A stretch of DNA of 64,000 nt from the human T2T-CHM13v2.0 reference genome, Homo sapiens: the NCBI RefSeq assembly GCF_009914755.1, contig NC_060938.1; one strand, given 5' to 3'. Both the position numbers and the translations under genes were made by a program. Below the pieces are notes generated by a model, which made no database searches, had not been told where the DNA came from, and was given only the letters and a program-made list of their open reading frames with translations. This document shows, piece after piece, positions 28,921 to 43,819 of the stretch. Numbering within the stretch: position 1 is the stretch's first letter; the number at the start of each line of letters is the position of its first letter.

Positions 28921-29469
28921 TTGTTCTTTGCCAAGTCAACAAGCAGGAAGGAAATTCCTGGAACTTTTAGAGACCTGGTCTCTGAATTTAAGAGACTGAT
29001 AATAGCATCATTATCATTATGAATAACAGGAAAGCTACCGTTGATGCCAGGCACTAGATTCTTGACATATGTGATTTCACTTGGTTATCATAGTAATCCT
29101 GAGTGTCAAAAAACTTCCACTGAAATATAAATAATGCCACAAAGAATATAAAGTAAGTGAAAAATAAGTGGCACAAAGTGGCCACTGGAAGAAATAGAAT
29201 TACATAAGAAGAAATATTTACCATCTAAGTAATGAGGCAAAAGTCAAAAGGATTCCAAAGTGGTGGGTTTAAACCAAAAGAGGTCGGAGGCATTTTTGTT
29301 TGTGTATTTTCATTTTTGTTTCTGTGCATGTTCATTGCCTCTAAGCAGAGCATGCCCTTGCTTATTCGCTCTGGTTCTCACCACTCGTGTGATACCCAGC
29401 CCTGAAAACACTTGAGTATTGAAGTTTGTGACATGCAGACAAGGATCTAGAACTTGAGTTTTGCAAATG

Positions 29470-29600
29470 CTTGCATTTGTTGAATGATGTTTTTTGTGCC
29501 AGGCACTATGCTGTGTACTTTCAGACACATGATCTGTGTAACATCCTGAATAAGATATTATGATCCCCAATTTATAGACGAGGAAACTGAGGCTGGAAGA
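29470..29600 (-). mobile_element. MIR
   Basis: tgtgccaggcactatgct...tatagacgaggaaactgaggct. Confidence 0.7.
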
Positions 29601-30109
29601 GGGCAAGACTAGAAAGAAAAACAAGATCAGAGGCACCAAAGCAGGGAGGTACATATCATGTTCTGCAATCCATTTGACCAGAGAAGAGGACCCATGCATG
29701 GGGAATAGTACGAGTTTGGGTGGAAGAAGTTAAATGACCTTGAAGGCCAGGCTTAGGAATATGAATGTGGCTATGGGAAGGTAATAAATGATAGGTTTCC
29801 TTTTCTTCTTTACAGCTTTATGAAAACCCAACCACAGCAAACATACAGGCTGGCACAAGGTTTGCTCTAAAGAGGAAGAGATCTAGGTGGGGCTGAAGAT
29901 GTATCACTTCCCTTTGGAGAGTGCCCTGCCACAGGCAGGGACAATCTTTCATCTCTCATAGAGGAAAACATAAGGGAGGAGGCGCCTTCCAGTAAATATC
30001 CTCAGTTGAGTTTTCATATTATATATAATATATTCAAGGAGACAACCACCCAATTTCCCTCCCTGGATTCCAAGCCTTGAGATATAACTAATATTTAAGT
30101 TTTGCATTG

Positions 30110-30500
30110 CAGAGTGCCCTGATAATAAAGAACAAATTCCTTAACCTTTGATCCTAAGATGGTTTTTATAATATTGCTCCTGTTTACCTCTCTATCCTCA
30201 CCTCACTTTACTCCCACAGTATACCCCAGCTGTGCTGATCCCATGGCTGTTCCTGAAAGCAACAAATTTTCTCCAAGAAAATTTATCAAATCACTTGACA
30301 CCCCCTCATATCCATAATGCCTTGCACTTACTTCTAGGATATAACTTCTCACCAATAATGTGTTTATTTGTTTACTTTAGATGATAGCTCCATGAAGGTA
30401 GGGATTCTGTCTTGTTCTTTGTTGAATACCCTGCATTTAACACATCCCAGCACATAGTCAATGCTTAAGAACAATTTGTCAAATGAATGAGTAAATGATT
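30110..30500 (+). mobile_element. L2 3' end
   Basis: agctccatgaaggtaggga...cagcacatagtcaatgc...aaatgaatga. Confidence 0.65.
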
Positions 30501-30971
30501 TGGTGAGAGAAGAGGTGCTATGATTCTCTGGTCCTTACTCATTGTTGAATCCTGCTTTTCAACTTGCCAGTGTATTCCTCCTCTCTCACTGTTCACCTGA
30601 CCCTAGACCCCTCTCCCTTTGCAACTTGATCATTGATTTCCAGGTCCTCTTCAAATCTGACATATTCTCTGCCCCATTTACAATCTGACACATGTACACA
30701 CTCACCACCACTAAAAGCAACAATAAAACTGTCTCTTCTCTCCTTCTGGGGCTCATCCTTTACCAAAAACCACTGTTATCTGCCAGAGCTCCACTGTTAC
30801 CCATGAAACGTTCTGGGGACTCACATATCCCCCATTTCCCTCTCAAACCCAACAATGATGTTTGAATGGACTAGACTGGAGAAAGAGACAGGGAGGAAAG
30901 CCCTAACAGCATCCTGATTTTGTAGCATTGTTGTTAGAAGTTTCTGAAGTAAAAGGGAAGTTGTGTGCACC

Positions 30972-30993
30972 GTGTGTGTGTGTGTGTGTGTGT
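30972..30993 (+). repeat. (GT)11 microsatellite
   Basis: Read directly. Confidence 0.95.
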
Positions 30994-31184
30994 ATGTTTG
31001 TGATCTGTCAACCCATAGGTGGGGATTATCTGGCTACCTCTCGTGGAATGAACAACCTGGGAGGAATGTGGACACCTGCCCTGCTCATTGGAAATGGACA
31101 GGCTCTGGATGGGCAGTCCCAGCTATAGGGGCACAGGAGGAATTCTGCCCAGCAGGCTCAACCTGGAAGTCCAGTATCAGCAAT

Positions 31185-31420
31185 AATAATTTAGTAGCAG
31201 AATTGCAAACACCTATGAGCACTCCCTATGTCACTGTGCTAAGTGCTTTACATAGATTATCTCAATTATTTCTTATATTAACCCTATAGGGTAGGAGCTC
31301 TTATTATTCCTATTTTACAACTAAGGAAAATGAGGCACAGAGAAGTTAAATAGTTTGCACAAGATCACACATTAAGTGATGGAGCCAGAATTTGAACCCA
31401 AGAACTGCAACATCAGAATC
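31185..31420 (-). mobile_element. MIR
   Basis: ttttacaactaaggaaaatgaggcacagagaagttaa...atttgaaccca. Confidence 0.8.
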
Positions 31421-34324
31421 CTACCCAATATAGAATGGTTGAAAATAGGTACCCTTTGATTTTTGAGAGTTAGAATGTGGAAGCATCGTAAAAAAGCAAC
31501 ACAATGTTTTCTGTAATATAACCCTCACAGACTGAGGAAAATGAAAGAATCAGGGGGTCTTCAGGACTATATAATGGGTAAAGAGGAAAGATAGTTAAAA
31601 GTATTTCTCAACGTGTTGCACTTCCAGCAATTTATCAATTTGTAAATGTATTTCATTACAAATATAGGGAGAATGAGGGAGCACAGCACTGTCATGCACT
31701 GTACTGGATCTGTAACTGTTCCTGGGAATTGTGCAGTGCACAGCCTGCTCATCTTTACATGGTAGCCCAAAAATGCAGGCTTCTTTATATCCCTAAATTA
31801 ATATAGGAACCAAACGAAGACCTATTACTAGAGCTTGAGCTAGTGTGGCCTTCAAAAATTAAATAAAACAGAAAAGATGTGGAAATGATAGACTGGCTGC
31901 CACAGTACCATAGAAAGCAGATATATAAACCAATGTGGCCCCAGAGTCTTTCTGCAGCCTCCTCTGCCACCATGCCTTTCCATTCAACTACACTAATATC
32001 ATGTAACCTGCCCCCATTCCCCTAACATGCATCCGCCCACACTTCCCACACTGTACAAATGCTTCTCTCTCATCCTCAGTCTCTCCCCCATCTTTCTTTA
32101 TCTACTACCTCCTCTCCTTCAGGACCTAGACATTCATCCATGGCTCATTCATACATTCATTCAACAAACATTTCTGGAGCGCTTGAGGTAGATTCAGAAG
32201 TGACCAAGATGAGTAAGGCAATTCCCCACTCTCAAGTTTCTAACAATCTAAAGGGAAAATTAAACAAAGTGAGTCATCTCCAAGAAGTTTTATAATCATT
32301 CTCCTCTTTCTTCCCAAGCTAGAAGAAATTCTTATCTTTTGGAGGCATTTACAGTGCATATCCTTATCAGTCAAGTACCAATTCAAAAGACTTAAAGCAA
32401 AACAAACACATGGTGGAGAAACATAGAAAATATTTTGAAAGCTATAAATCACTAAGTTTATATGTCTTTATCTATCCTTGGTTCATTTTGTGAAGAGGCA
32501 ATAAAATGCTAAGTTAAAACTCAGTTGATTTTCTCCAGATACTTGCCGAATTCTTGGCATCACATTCTACCATGTTTCCAGGATTCAGAGTGTCTAAGCA
32601 GTGCTAGTGAAAAGTTCAGTTGAGCAAAAGAACTTTATGTTTCATTCTAACCTGGAAATGCTTTCCCTACCCGCATTAAATGTATGAAGCTTGAATCAGA
32701 CAGCTATACATAGAGTGAAAGTAGTGTCATCCCCAAAGAGTAGCAAATCCTCATAAGGGAACCACAGTAGGTGAAAGACTTTGAAAAAAAATCCTCTGTT
32801 GTGAATATTAAATCCCAGCTCTTCCATTTTGAGACAAAAAGGGCTTATCTTTTATCTTAGTAGACTGTAGGCTCCTTTAGAATAGGACCTGTCTTATTTA
32901 TTTCTCTAGCCCAAGCTTCTAGCATAGGGCTCAATAAGTATTTGTGACTACGTCATACATACTGACTAAAGTGGAAGCCTATGCTATTTTCTAATAGCTT
33001 GTCATACTCCCTAGTGTTCTACAGAAAGAGTCACTAGAGTTTGTTTCCATTTGGTTTGTTTATGTGGGGAAGGGCAGAAGGAGAATTATTTTGCTTTGTT
33101 TTTGAGATGTGTCCTAATCCAGTAGAGATCAGGATGAGAGCAATGACCTTGTCCGTCAGGATAGTCCGTCGTCCCACTTAATGAGGGAAGACATTGGATG
33201 ATATTATCTTCCTTGTGATCATCACTCAAGAAAATAATTGTGGACTCAGCTTTAGTCCACATTACTTTGGAGTTTTGCTGTATTTTCACCTCAAGTATTG
33301 TAACCACACCATTTTATGGCTCCAGACCCACCATGGCTTCCAAAGGCTATGCAGAATCATTAGGAAGCTACAAGCCTTCCCACTAGCCCACACTGCTGCT
33401 GCAGTATGCACTTATCTGGATCACCCATGAGATCAACTTGCAAACAGGAACTGGCTTATGAAGCCATGCTTGCTCTGAGAAACATAATGGTCATCTCACT
33501 GCCAGTGGAATGTAATATTTGATGTCATGACACCCTTCCTGTCCAACTTGGCATTGGCAGTTGGTTTGACTTGGTGGTGAGAAATACAACAAAACGATGA
33601 GAAATTTTCCTTCTGGAGCACTTCTTAAGGGAGCTTGGTTGCTTTATTGGAAATTCGTACTTCTTAGCTTTCATGAAATGTCCCTTTGGTACATTAGTGA
33701 GAAGGTTCAAGGCAAAATAAACACATTTCATCTTGACCATATTTGGAACTCACAATATAAAGGAGTCAAAAGGTAAGCTGATGAAATAAGAATATTTTAT
33801 CCTTTTATTCCACACATAGTTTTTACTTTCTCGCCTTTCCTGCAATAACTGCCTCAACATGGTGGCACTCATATGCGTTTTCAAAAGATTTTCATTTTAT
33901 TATGTATTGAATTATATAAAGTAGTGTCAGTAAATCCATTAGAAATTCTCATTCCCAACTCTTAGAATTCATCTACAAAGAGTCAGAAAGAAACCAAGAC
34001 ATTAAGGAGAAGCCAGTGGCTGCAGCTGCAGGGTCTTTATTATGTTTATTTGTGTCATAATTCTCTTTATTAGCCGAACTAAAATGGTTTAAAGTTGCAG
34101 TGCACCAGGTAAGGCCTCCCTTACTGTCTTCAGGTGTTTGTTTAGAATAGGTTTGTTTGTTTGTTTGTTTAGGAATAGCTGCTGTAATGCTTTGAATTCC
34201 CTTGCCAGGACATAAAGTCATAGAAAATAGCGAAGATCCTTGCTGTTTACTTGGGGAGACATTATCTACATGCACGAAACAATTTAATTCTTAAGATTTA
34301 TTTAAAACGTGTGAAATGTAGTTG

Positions 34325-34575
34325 CAATAATAATAATAGATGATATTTACAGAGCACTTACTATGTACCTGGAGCTCTTCCATGTGTTTTCATATATTAA
34401 CACATATATTAAACTTCACAACAATCTTACCAAGTAGCCACTCTTACAATCCATTTTACACATGGTGAATCTGAGCCACAGAAAGGTTAACTAACCAGCA
34501 GCTCCTAAGTAGCAGAGCTAGGATTTGACTCCAGGTGGTCTGGCTCCAGGGCCCAGGCTCTTTGGCTACCATGTG
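34325..34575 (-). mobile_element. MIR
   Basis: gagcacttactatgt...gcagagctaggatttgactccagg. Confidence 0.8.
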
Positions 34576-35639
34576 TATACACTTTCTGAAGAATTACAAT
34601 GGTGCAGCCCGAAGTCACTCAGGAAAGCTGTTAGTGGACAACTTGGTTCTGGTGCAGAACCTTAATGATGGCCTAAGGTTTGAGCTGTGAAGAGGATGGA
34701 ATTGGAGGTTTTAGGAAGCAAGAATAGCAGAAAGAGAAGCTGGGGTTTAGAAATGAATAAGGCATGATAGGAGGAATAGCCATCTTATAAAATGGTGTGA
34801 GAAAACTTTTATATAGAGCCTTGAGCACCAGGTTTAAAGTTTGAAACAGAAATCCATAGGCAGGTATACAAGCAAGGAATTCATTCATTAGTGCATTCAT
34901 ATACTTATAACACTAGAAGGACCTTAGAGAGCATCAATGTCAACTCCTCCTTTTATATTTGTAGAATCTAAAGATCTAGAGGGTTGAAATGACTCCCAGT
35001 GTCACTCACCTAGTGGCAGCATTAGAATACAGCATAACTCTTCTGATTCATCATTTAAGCTTTAAGCCTATTTCCAATGTTCCAGGACACTCTGAAAGAT
35101 TCTCCTGGCAGAGGCATTTGGTTGAGCCTGGAAGGGAGAGACAAGAGGCAAGGTGACCTGTGAGGCATTATTGCAAAATCCAAGTGAAGTACAAGAGGTA
35201 CACTGGGCTCAGTGAAAACAGTAGAATTTTCCAGAGAGGATTGAGAAAGCATGATAGGATATCAATAATAAAGGAGCTAAGTTGCCTCCAAGCTGGCATA
35301 GCTTTGGCAGAAATGGGGAAATTGGGCAATGGTACCACTTGGGCATAGACAGCATCAGTTCAGGTTTGGTACCTGTGAGAGGGAGTTGGCTTTATTATAA
35401 TTACTTCTGTATGGAACCTTGTGTAACATGATGATCACATTCCAAGGCCCTTTGCAATTTTTCCATTAATCAGTTGCCACCATCATCAGCATGTGAGCAA
35501 GTCCTTGTCAACCCTGAGATGAAATTTAACTCAGTTTTGCTTTAATATCCATTAGGCTCCATCCTGGCCTTTCCTTTTCTTAGTTTCTTTCGCTGCCAAT
35601 CAGCTTCATACGTGTCCACTTTCCTCAGAGTCTGTAAAT

Positions 35640-35900
35640 TATAGTGGTAAAGGGTATAAGCTCTGAAGGCAAATGGCCTAAATTTGAATTCTGGTTCTAC
35701 AACGCTTCTGTGACTTGGGCAAATTTAATTCTTTTTAGAATTAATTCTTTGTGGCTCAGTTTCCTCATTCATAAAAAGATATTGTGATCAGTGCTTATCT
35801 TCTAGCAAGAATGTGAATATTAAATGAGTTAATACACATAAAGCCCTTGGAATGGTCCTTGCACGTAATGAACACTCAATACACAGTAGCTGTCATTGTT
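35640..35900 (+). mobile_element. MIR
   Basis: tgtgacttgggcaa...ctcagtttcctcatt...ttaaatgagttaatac. Confidence 0.8.
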
Positions 35901-36240
35901 GCCATCCTATCATTCCCCTTTGCTGCATTATAGTTTCAGGGCGTTCTGTCTCTAGGACAGCCTGGCAAGATGGAGTTCTTCCTTTCCACCAGGCACGCTG
36001 TTCCTGTGACTGCTATTTTAACATTAGCATGTTATTTTCGCCCCTAGAAGCTCCTCCTGTTTCTCCAGCAAAGCTATCCTAGGCCCCCAGTTCCTCACCA
36101 CATCTGAGTCTCTCCCCAGTAAACCATCTTTCACCTTCATACATATGCACATACGACTTAAATTTGTCCCAGCGGAGGGAGGGAGTGACCCCTTTCTCCT
36201 TTTTTATGCAATCTCACAACCTGAAATTGTGATGAGGCTA

Positions 36241-36292
36241 CAATTTAAGTGTTTACCCAATTTAAGTGTTTACAATTTAACTGTTTACCCAA
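36241..36292 (+). repeat. Three-unit 15-17 bp tandem repeat caatttaa(g/c)tgttta(cc)
   Basis: Units start at 36241, 36258 and 36273. Confidence 0.9.
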
Positions 36293-36765
36293 GAAATATC
36301 AGATTTAGCAGATTATAAATTGTCTGCTTCTGAAGCAAGGCCAAGAAGGGATTAAAAGCAAAGACCTGAGAGGCAGCTGAACCTAGGTTCAAATCCAGGT
36401 TTCACATTTATGAGCTATGTGACTTTAGATCGAATAACAACTGAGTCTTGGTTTCCTCATCTATAAGATAGGAATACCTATCTTGCATGTTGTAAGGATT
36501 AAAGGTTATAAACTTTATAAAGTAGGTAATTTTTAACCCCTTGCCCGATTCCCACCCTCTCACCTTTCATAGTCTCCAATGTCTATTATTTCACTCTGTA
36601 TGGTCATGTATACCTATTATTTACCTCCCACTTGTGAGTGAGAATATGCAATATTTGACTTTCTGTTTCTGAGTCATTTCACTTAGGATAATGGCTTCTA
36701 GTTCCATCCATGTTGCTGCAAAAGACATTATTTTATTCTTTTTATGGCTGAATAGTATGCCATGG

Positions 36766-36767
<2 letters not shown>

Positions 36768-36853
<86 letters not shown>
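36768..36853 (+). repeat. (TG)17(TA)26 compound microsatellite
   Basis: Read directly. Confidence 0.95.
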
Positions 36854-36856
<3 letters not shown>

Positions 36857-37526
36857 TTTCTTTATCAAACCTTTGTTGATGGGTACTTGGATTGATTCCA
36901 TGATTTTGCTATTGTGAATAATACTGCAGTAAATATACAATGCAGGTGTCTTTTTGATATAATAATTTCTTTCCTTTTGGGTATACACCCAGTCATGGGA
37001 TTGCTGGTTTAAACGATAGGTCTGTTCTAAGTTTTTGAGAAATCTCCATACTGTTTTCTACAAAGGTTGTACTAATTTACATTCCCACCAACGATGTATA
37101 ATCATTCCCTTTTCTCCACAACCTCACCAACTTCTGTTGCTTTTAGACTTTTTAACAATAATCATTCTGACTGGTATAAGATGATACCTCATTGTGGTTT
37201 CAATTTGCACGTCTCTGGTGATTAGTGATGTTGAACATTTTTTCATATGTTTGTTGGCCACATCTATGACTTCTTTTGAAAAATGCCTGTTGATATCCTT
37301 TGCCCACTTTTTAAAGGGGTTGTTTTTCTTCTTGAGCTGTTTGAATTCCTTACGGATTCTGGGTACTAGCCCTTTGTTGGATCCATAGTTTGCAAATATT
37401 TTTCCCATACTGTAGTCCGTCTACTCTCTTGATTGTTTCTTTTTGCTGTGCAGAAGCCTTTTAATTTAATTAACTCTCATTTGTCTATTTTTGTTTTTGT
37501 TGCATTTGCTTTTGAGGACTTGCTAA

Positions 37527-37952
<426 letters not shown>

Positions 37953-38253
37953 CAAGTTCATCTTTTTCTATGGTGAGAGGTATGGGTCCAGTTTTATTCT
38001 TCTGCATGTGGCTATGCAATTTTTCCAGCAACATTTGTTGAATAGGGTGTCATTTTCCCAGTATATATTTTTGATAACTTTGCCAAAGATCAGTTGGTTG
38101 TTAGGTATGTGGCTTTATTTCTGGGTTCCCTATTCTGTTCCATTGATCTATGTGTCTATTTTTATACCTGCAGCTAAATTTTAGTAGTAGATTGAGGTGG
38201 CTTCTCTGAAAATACAGATGAGGTAGCAGTGACACCTCTGAGTGTCACCTCCT

Positions 38254-38591
38254 CTTAGATGGAGTTTAGCTTTATTGAGGGCAGACCTTAAACACTCTTT
38301 ATGCCAAGTTTTATTAGCTTGGGTTAATTGTATGGCCGCGGTGGCTGGTGCGAAATTGACCAACCCTAAATATTAGTATAGCTTAGTTAAACTTTCGTTT
38401 ATTATTAAAGATTTATCACTGCTGTTTCCCGTGGGGGTGTGGTTGAGTAAGGTGTTTTGAGCTGCATTTGTGTGTGCTTGATATCTGCTGCTTTTGATCT
38501 GGGTGATCTAGAGGGCATTTTCACTGGGATGGAGATGCTTGCATGTGTAATCTTACTAAGAGCTGATAAAAAGGCCAGGACCAAACCTATC
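38254..38591 (-). pseudogene. NUMT: 5' part of mitochondrial 12S rRNA
   Basis: Reverse complement has ataggtttggtcct, gtaagattacacatgcaagcatc, cacacccccacgggaaacagcagtgat, aaacgaaagtttaactaagctatact, ccagccaccgcgg. Confidence 0.95.
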
Positions 38592-38662
38592 TGTTTATGG
38601 GGTTGTGCAGACCCATCTAGACATTTTCAGTGTTTTGCTTTGAATAGTTAAGCTGCATTAAC
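38592..38662 (-). pseudogene. NUMT: mitochondrial tRNA-Phe copy
   Basis: Reverse complement gttaatgcagctta...acactGAAaatgtctagatggg...ccccataaaca directly upstream of 12S, as in mtDNA. Confidence 0.93.
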
Positions 38663-39154
38663 TGTAAAAATGCTTAAGTATAAAATTAAAATATGAAAAA
38701 GAAACAAGTGGTCCCTGTCCATGAAAGTAACCTTGAGGGTCCTTCCTACTGACGTTAGCGGCAATGACGTTCTTATCACTGTTCTGTGCATTCAATAGAA
38801 CAAGAAAAAGTTTAGGGTTACAGCACGATGGAAATGAACTCCCCTGACCCCTGAGAGTCAAGTGCTGTTTGGATTAGGATTTTAGCTATTTTTCCCCCAT
38901 ATTTTCTTTCGTTTTCATTATGTTCTCTAGCATTACTATAGTCTGTATTACTGTGCTATTTCATATTCTCTCTTGTAATTTTTTTCACTGTTGAAAGTAA
39001 TAAATATTTATTGCAAACTTTAAGTAATATAGACATTTAAAATGAAAACTTCCTTTTCTCCTAATACAAAAAAGCATTTCCCCCCCTCCCAAACCTGCAA
39101 ATGACTCAATGTATATGCTGGGAGTTTTTTTGTTGTTTTGTTTTCTGTTAATCT

Positions 39155-39280
39155 TTGTTTTTTGGTTTTTTTAATTTTATTATTATTATACTTTAAGTTT
39201 TAGGGTACATGTGCACAATGTGCAGGTTTGTTACATATGTATACATGTGCCATCTTGGTGTGCTGCACCCATTAACTTGT
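39155..39280 (-). mobile_element. Young L1PA (about PA2-4) 3' tip
   Basis: ttattatactttaagttttagggtacatgtgcacaatgtgcagg...gctgcacccattaact. Confidence 0.9.
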
Positions 39281-40624
39281 TAAAAGATTAATTTTTATTA
39301 CATCCTAACAAAACTAGCAGAGAGAGAAGTTTAAAAGAAAAATAGGTGTTCTGCAGGTCTCTACTTGATTATGTAGGAAAATTATAAATTATAAATACAA
39401 GGAGCAGAAATACCCTCCCCTGCTGAAATATCTTCTACATCTACAGGAACACGACCCAAACAGGGGACATGGTTCTCCCATTCCCTTTGAGACAAATTTT
39501 AGTGATCAGCTTGAATGCTCACATGAGGAGAGTTTTAGATCTCCTAAAATGACTTCCACCCCAGGCTGCCCCAACCTCACACTCTGATATGCCACCATCT
39601 ATGCCTAACAGTTCTCACTTGAAATAATTCTGGCGAACTTAAACTGTAAAGCATTAAATCAAAGAACAAAGAGAGGCTCACAGACTCATGGGAAGGCCAG
39701 AGAATCAGACACAAAACCCACACAGGGGACAAAGGAAACTCAAAGTCTCTTGCCACATGAACAGTGTGGCTTGGTCACTGCCATTTCTGGGGACTGTGCG
39801 CCACGGCTGATGCCATGTCACTGAGTGGTGGCTGCACCATGACCACCATAAGCCCTAAACTGTCCAGGCTTCTCTGGGTCACTCACTCTGATATTAAACA
39901 CCCATGGGAACATGCAGTTGACCTTCTACCTCACAGTTGATAATGGGAAGGGGATTCAGATGATGGAGAGCTGAAAAATGACAAATATTTACTTTCCTTC
40001 CTGTCCTTCTCTACCTGCTCACATTCTACCTTGAACTAAGTATGCAGCAAGCTTTCATTCTTTTCCAAAAAGAGTTTTTAGTCCCCACAGCATTATCAAT
40101 CCCATTTTACAGATGGGAAAACCAGAGGATAAGTGACTATAGAAGGTCCTAGAGAGTATTTATCACTCCTAGATTTTTGCTCCATGTACAGGTTTTAAAA
40201 CACCACCATCCACTATTGTTTTGTTTTGGTTGGGTTTTTGTTTTTGGTTTTTTTTTTGTTGTTGTTGTTTTTCTTTTTTCTTTTTTTGCTGATGGAATCT
40301 TTTTTTATTTTTCTAATGAAACCTTGCAAGAAACTGCAACATCTAAGGCAGATCAAAGCAGATCTGCTTGGGTTGAAGAAGGGTGAGGGAGAACAGAGCC
40401 CCATCTGCTTGGCCTCACACTCCTCATTTCACATACACAAAACACTCTCCACTGAGGGATGAAAATGCTACTGCCAGCCTCAGCCAGAGAGCCTGATCAT
40501 TCCTGGCTCATTTTCTGTTACTACCCCTCTGGTTCTGGAGTTGGGGACAGGAAGTAGCTCTGAGTTCAAATAGAGTTAGCTGTGCATAACCAATTGTGTC
40601 CATGACCATGGTCCAGCTTTCTTA

Positions 40625-40981
<357 letters not shown>

Positions 40982-42144
40982 TCAGGTAAGTGAGAATTTT
41001 TTAAAAAGTTTTGTTAATGTTGGATTTCTCACCTTGTCTAAAAATATAGAAAAAAATAGGTTTGTAATTCCCAATAAATTGAAAACATTTTTTACCTACA
41101 AAGAAGGACTCTCCGAGAGTGTCATGACACTGCAAAGAGGCAGAATGATGGTGAGATTTTTCCAGATGTTTGACCAGAGAACTATTTTTCAAGTTCTATT
41201 TCTCAGAGGCAGCCTCTTCGATTTTTTTGGTTTGTTTTTGTTTTTAAACACCTACCAATATCATTTGGCTATTTTTGGAGGAAGGATTAATTGGTTTGTA
41301 CCCAGCAATTTTTTTTTTTACAAGTGTTCCTCTAAAGCTTGTAAATCCAAGAAGAAATGCTAAATTCACCCAGGAAAGTTAAACCCCTGACTCCCTAATA
41401 GCTGAAGGATCTGGTTTATGCAACAGCATTTCTCTGTCAAGTAAGAGTACAGACTGTGTGGCTTAGAACTCAGAAAAACCCTAGGCCCAGATACTCTCAG
41501 AACAGTAACGACAGTAATTACAACTCTCTAAAAGGGGTCTGTAAAGTTCAATTACAAAAGACAGTGAGGTGAAGGGATATTTGCTTTCAGACTCACTTTT
41601 TTAAAATCCTGGTGGCTGTATATTTACTCCTCAAGGAAAATGGAGATGTCTCCAAAGATCTGATCCAAATGCAAAAAGTGACCAAAGTTTTGGAGAAGAA
41701 ATAATTTAACTGGTTGGAAGGCATCAAGCTGCCCAGAGCAATCTCTTCCAGGTGGACAGCTGTGACTTACTGTTTTACTCTGTGGAAGTTAATGTGTAGC
41801 CTGATTTATATATACCTCGCAGTCCTCTGTTGCCTTTTTCTTCAAATGAAACCTGCTCAGCCTGGATTCTAATATCTTCCTCAACTGCATCTTTATCTCA
41901 CCAATTCATTCTCAGCTTAGATAAATCACTGACCCAATGGCAGCTGCTGTGGGGTTTTTTTTGGTTCATTTTGTTTTGTTTTGTTTTCGTATAAAATTGG
42001 AGCAATCAGAACTTCTCTGTCACCTCTGAGGGCTGTGGTGAGAATCCATCATGTTGATCAGGGCCAAGGCCAGTCCATACTGCGTCTTTGTGTAAATTAG
42101 GTAAAGGCAGCCCTTCTGGAAGTATGTGGTGGTGTTGAAAACAC

Positions 42145-42913
<769 letters not shown>

Positions 42914-43819
42914 CCCATACCTATATATACTCCATAGGAAAAAAGTTACCATTACAAATACACCAAAAAGTTAATATAGGAGTTGGAATTACAGCTGGTT
43001 TTAATTTTCTTTTCTGAAATTTTCATATTTTCAAATGTTCAACAATTAGCACATGTTGCTTTTGTGATCAGAGAGGAAATTGTGATTTACAAAAAAGCTT
43101 GGTTTAAAATTCAGCTCCATTGAGAGTTTTAGACCCCTTTGACTGGCTCTCTCTGTCCTCGGTTCAGAGTCCTTTGATCAAAATATTGTTAGGATGCCTT
43201 GTTGCTGAACTATAGCTCTGTAAAGGCATTTGGGTTATTGTGTGTGTTTTAAAAATTATCTGAACTAAACTAAAATTTCTCGTGTATAGAAACTATGTAT
43301 TTATATGTTATCCTTCCCATCCCTGGAGCCCTGTACAGTGTTTTAAATAAGTAGTAGGTGCTCAATAAATATTCTAACCTATCTCTCAAAAACTTGCCAG
43401 CAGTTGCTGAAAAAATTACCCAAAGAGCATCAAGGAACACATTAGATGACATTTGAACACGATGTAATAAATTTCCTGTAAAATTACTTGTGTTCTACTC
43501 ATTTAATTAAAAATTTAATTTCCCTGCTTCAAACAACAAATTATTGAGAATCTAGAGGCTCCTAAATCATAATGGTTACATTTTTTGGTTTCCATCGTAA
43601 CTGTAATTCAGCCTTAGAGCCTTAACACATTTCTTTAGATTACAGCAAATAGGGTTAAATTTTTAATCTGTATGTACATATCAAAGCAAAGTTCTGATTT
43701 TTATAGAAGCCACAATTTCTATTTTTAAATGTTCATTTAAAATTAACAAAATATCTTACAAATGATTTTTTAAATATATGTCCTTTATTAAAAATATATG
43801 AAGTGCAATGAAAGACAAA

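Noticed and set aside
37124-37408. L1 ORF2-like peptides (also 49890-50669)
   Set aside because: Broken fragments of dead L1 copies, not functional CDS.
38592-38662. Functional tRNA or rRNA gene
   Set aside because: Diverged mitochondrial-type copy in nuclear repeat context; the 12S part is only a fragment.
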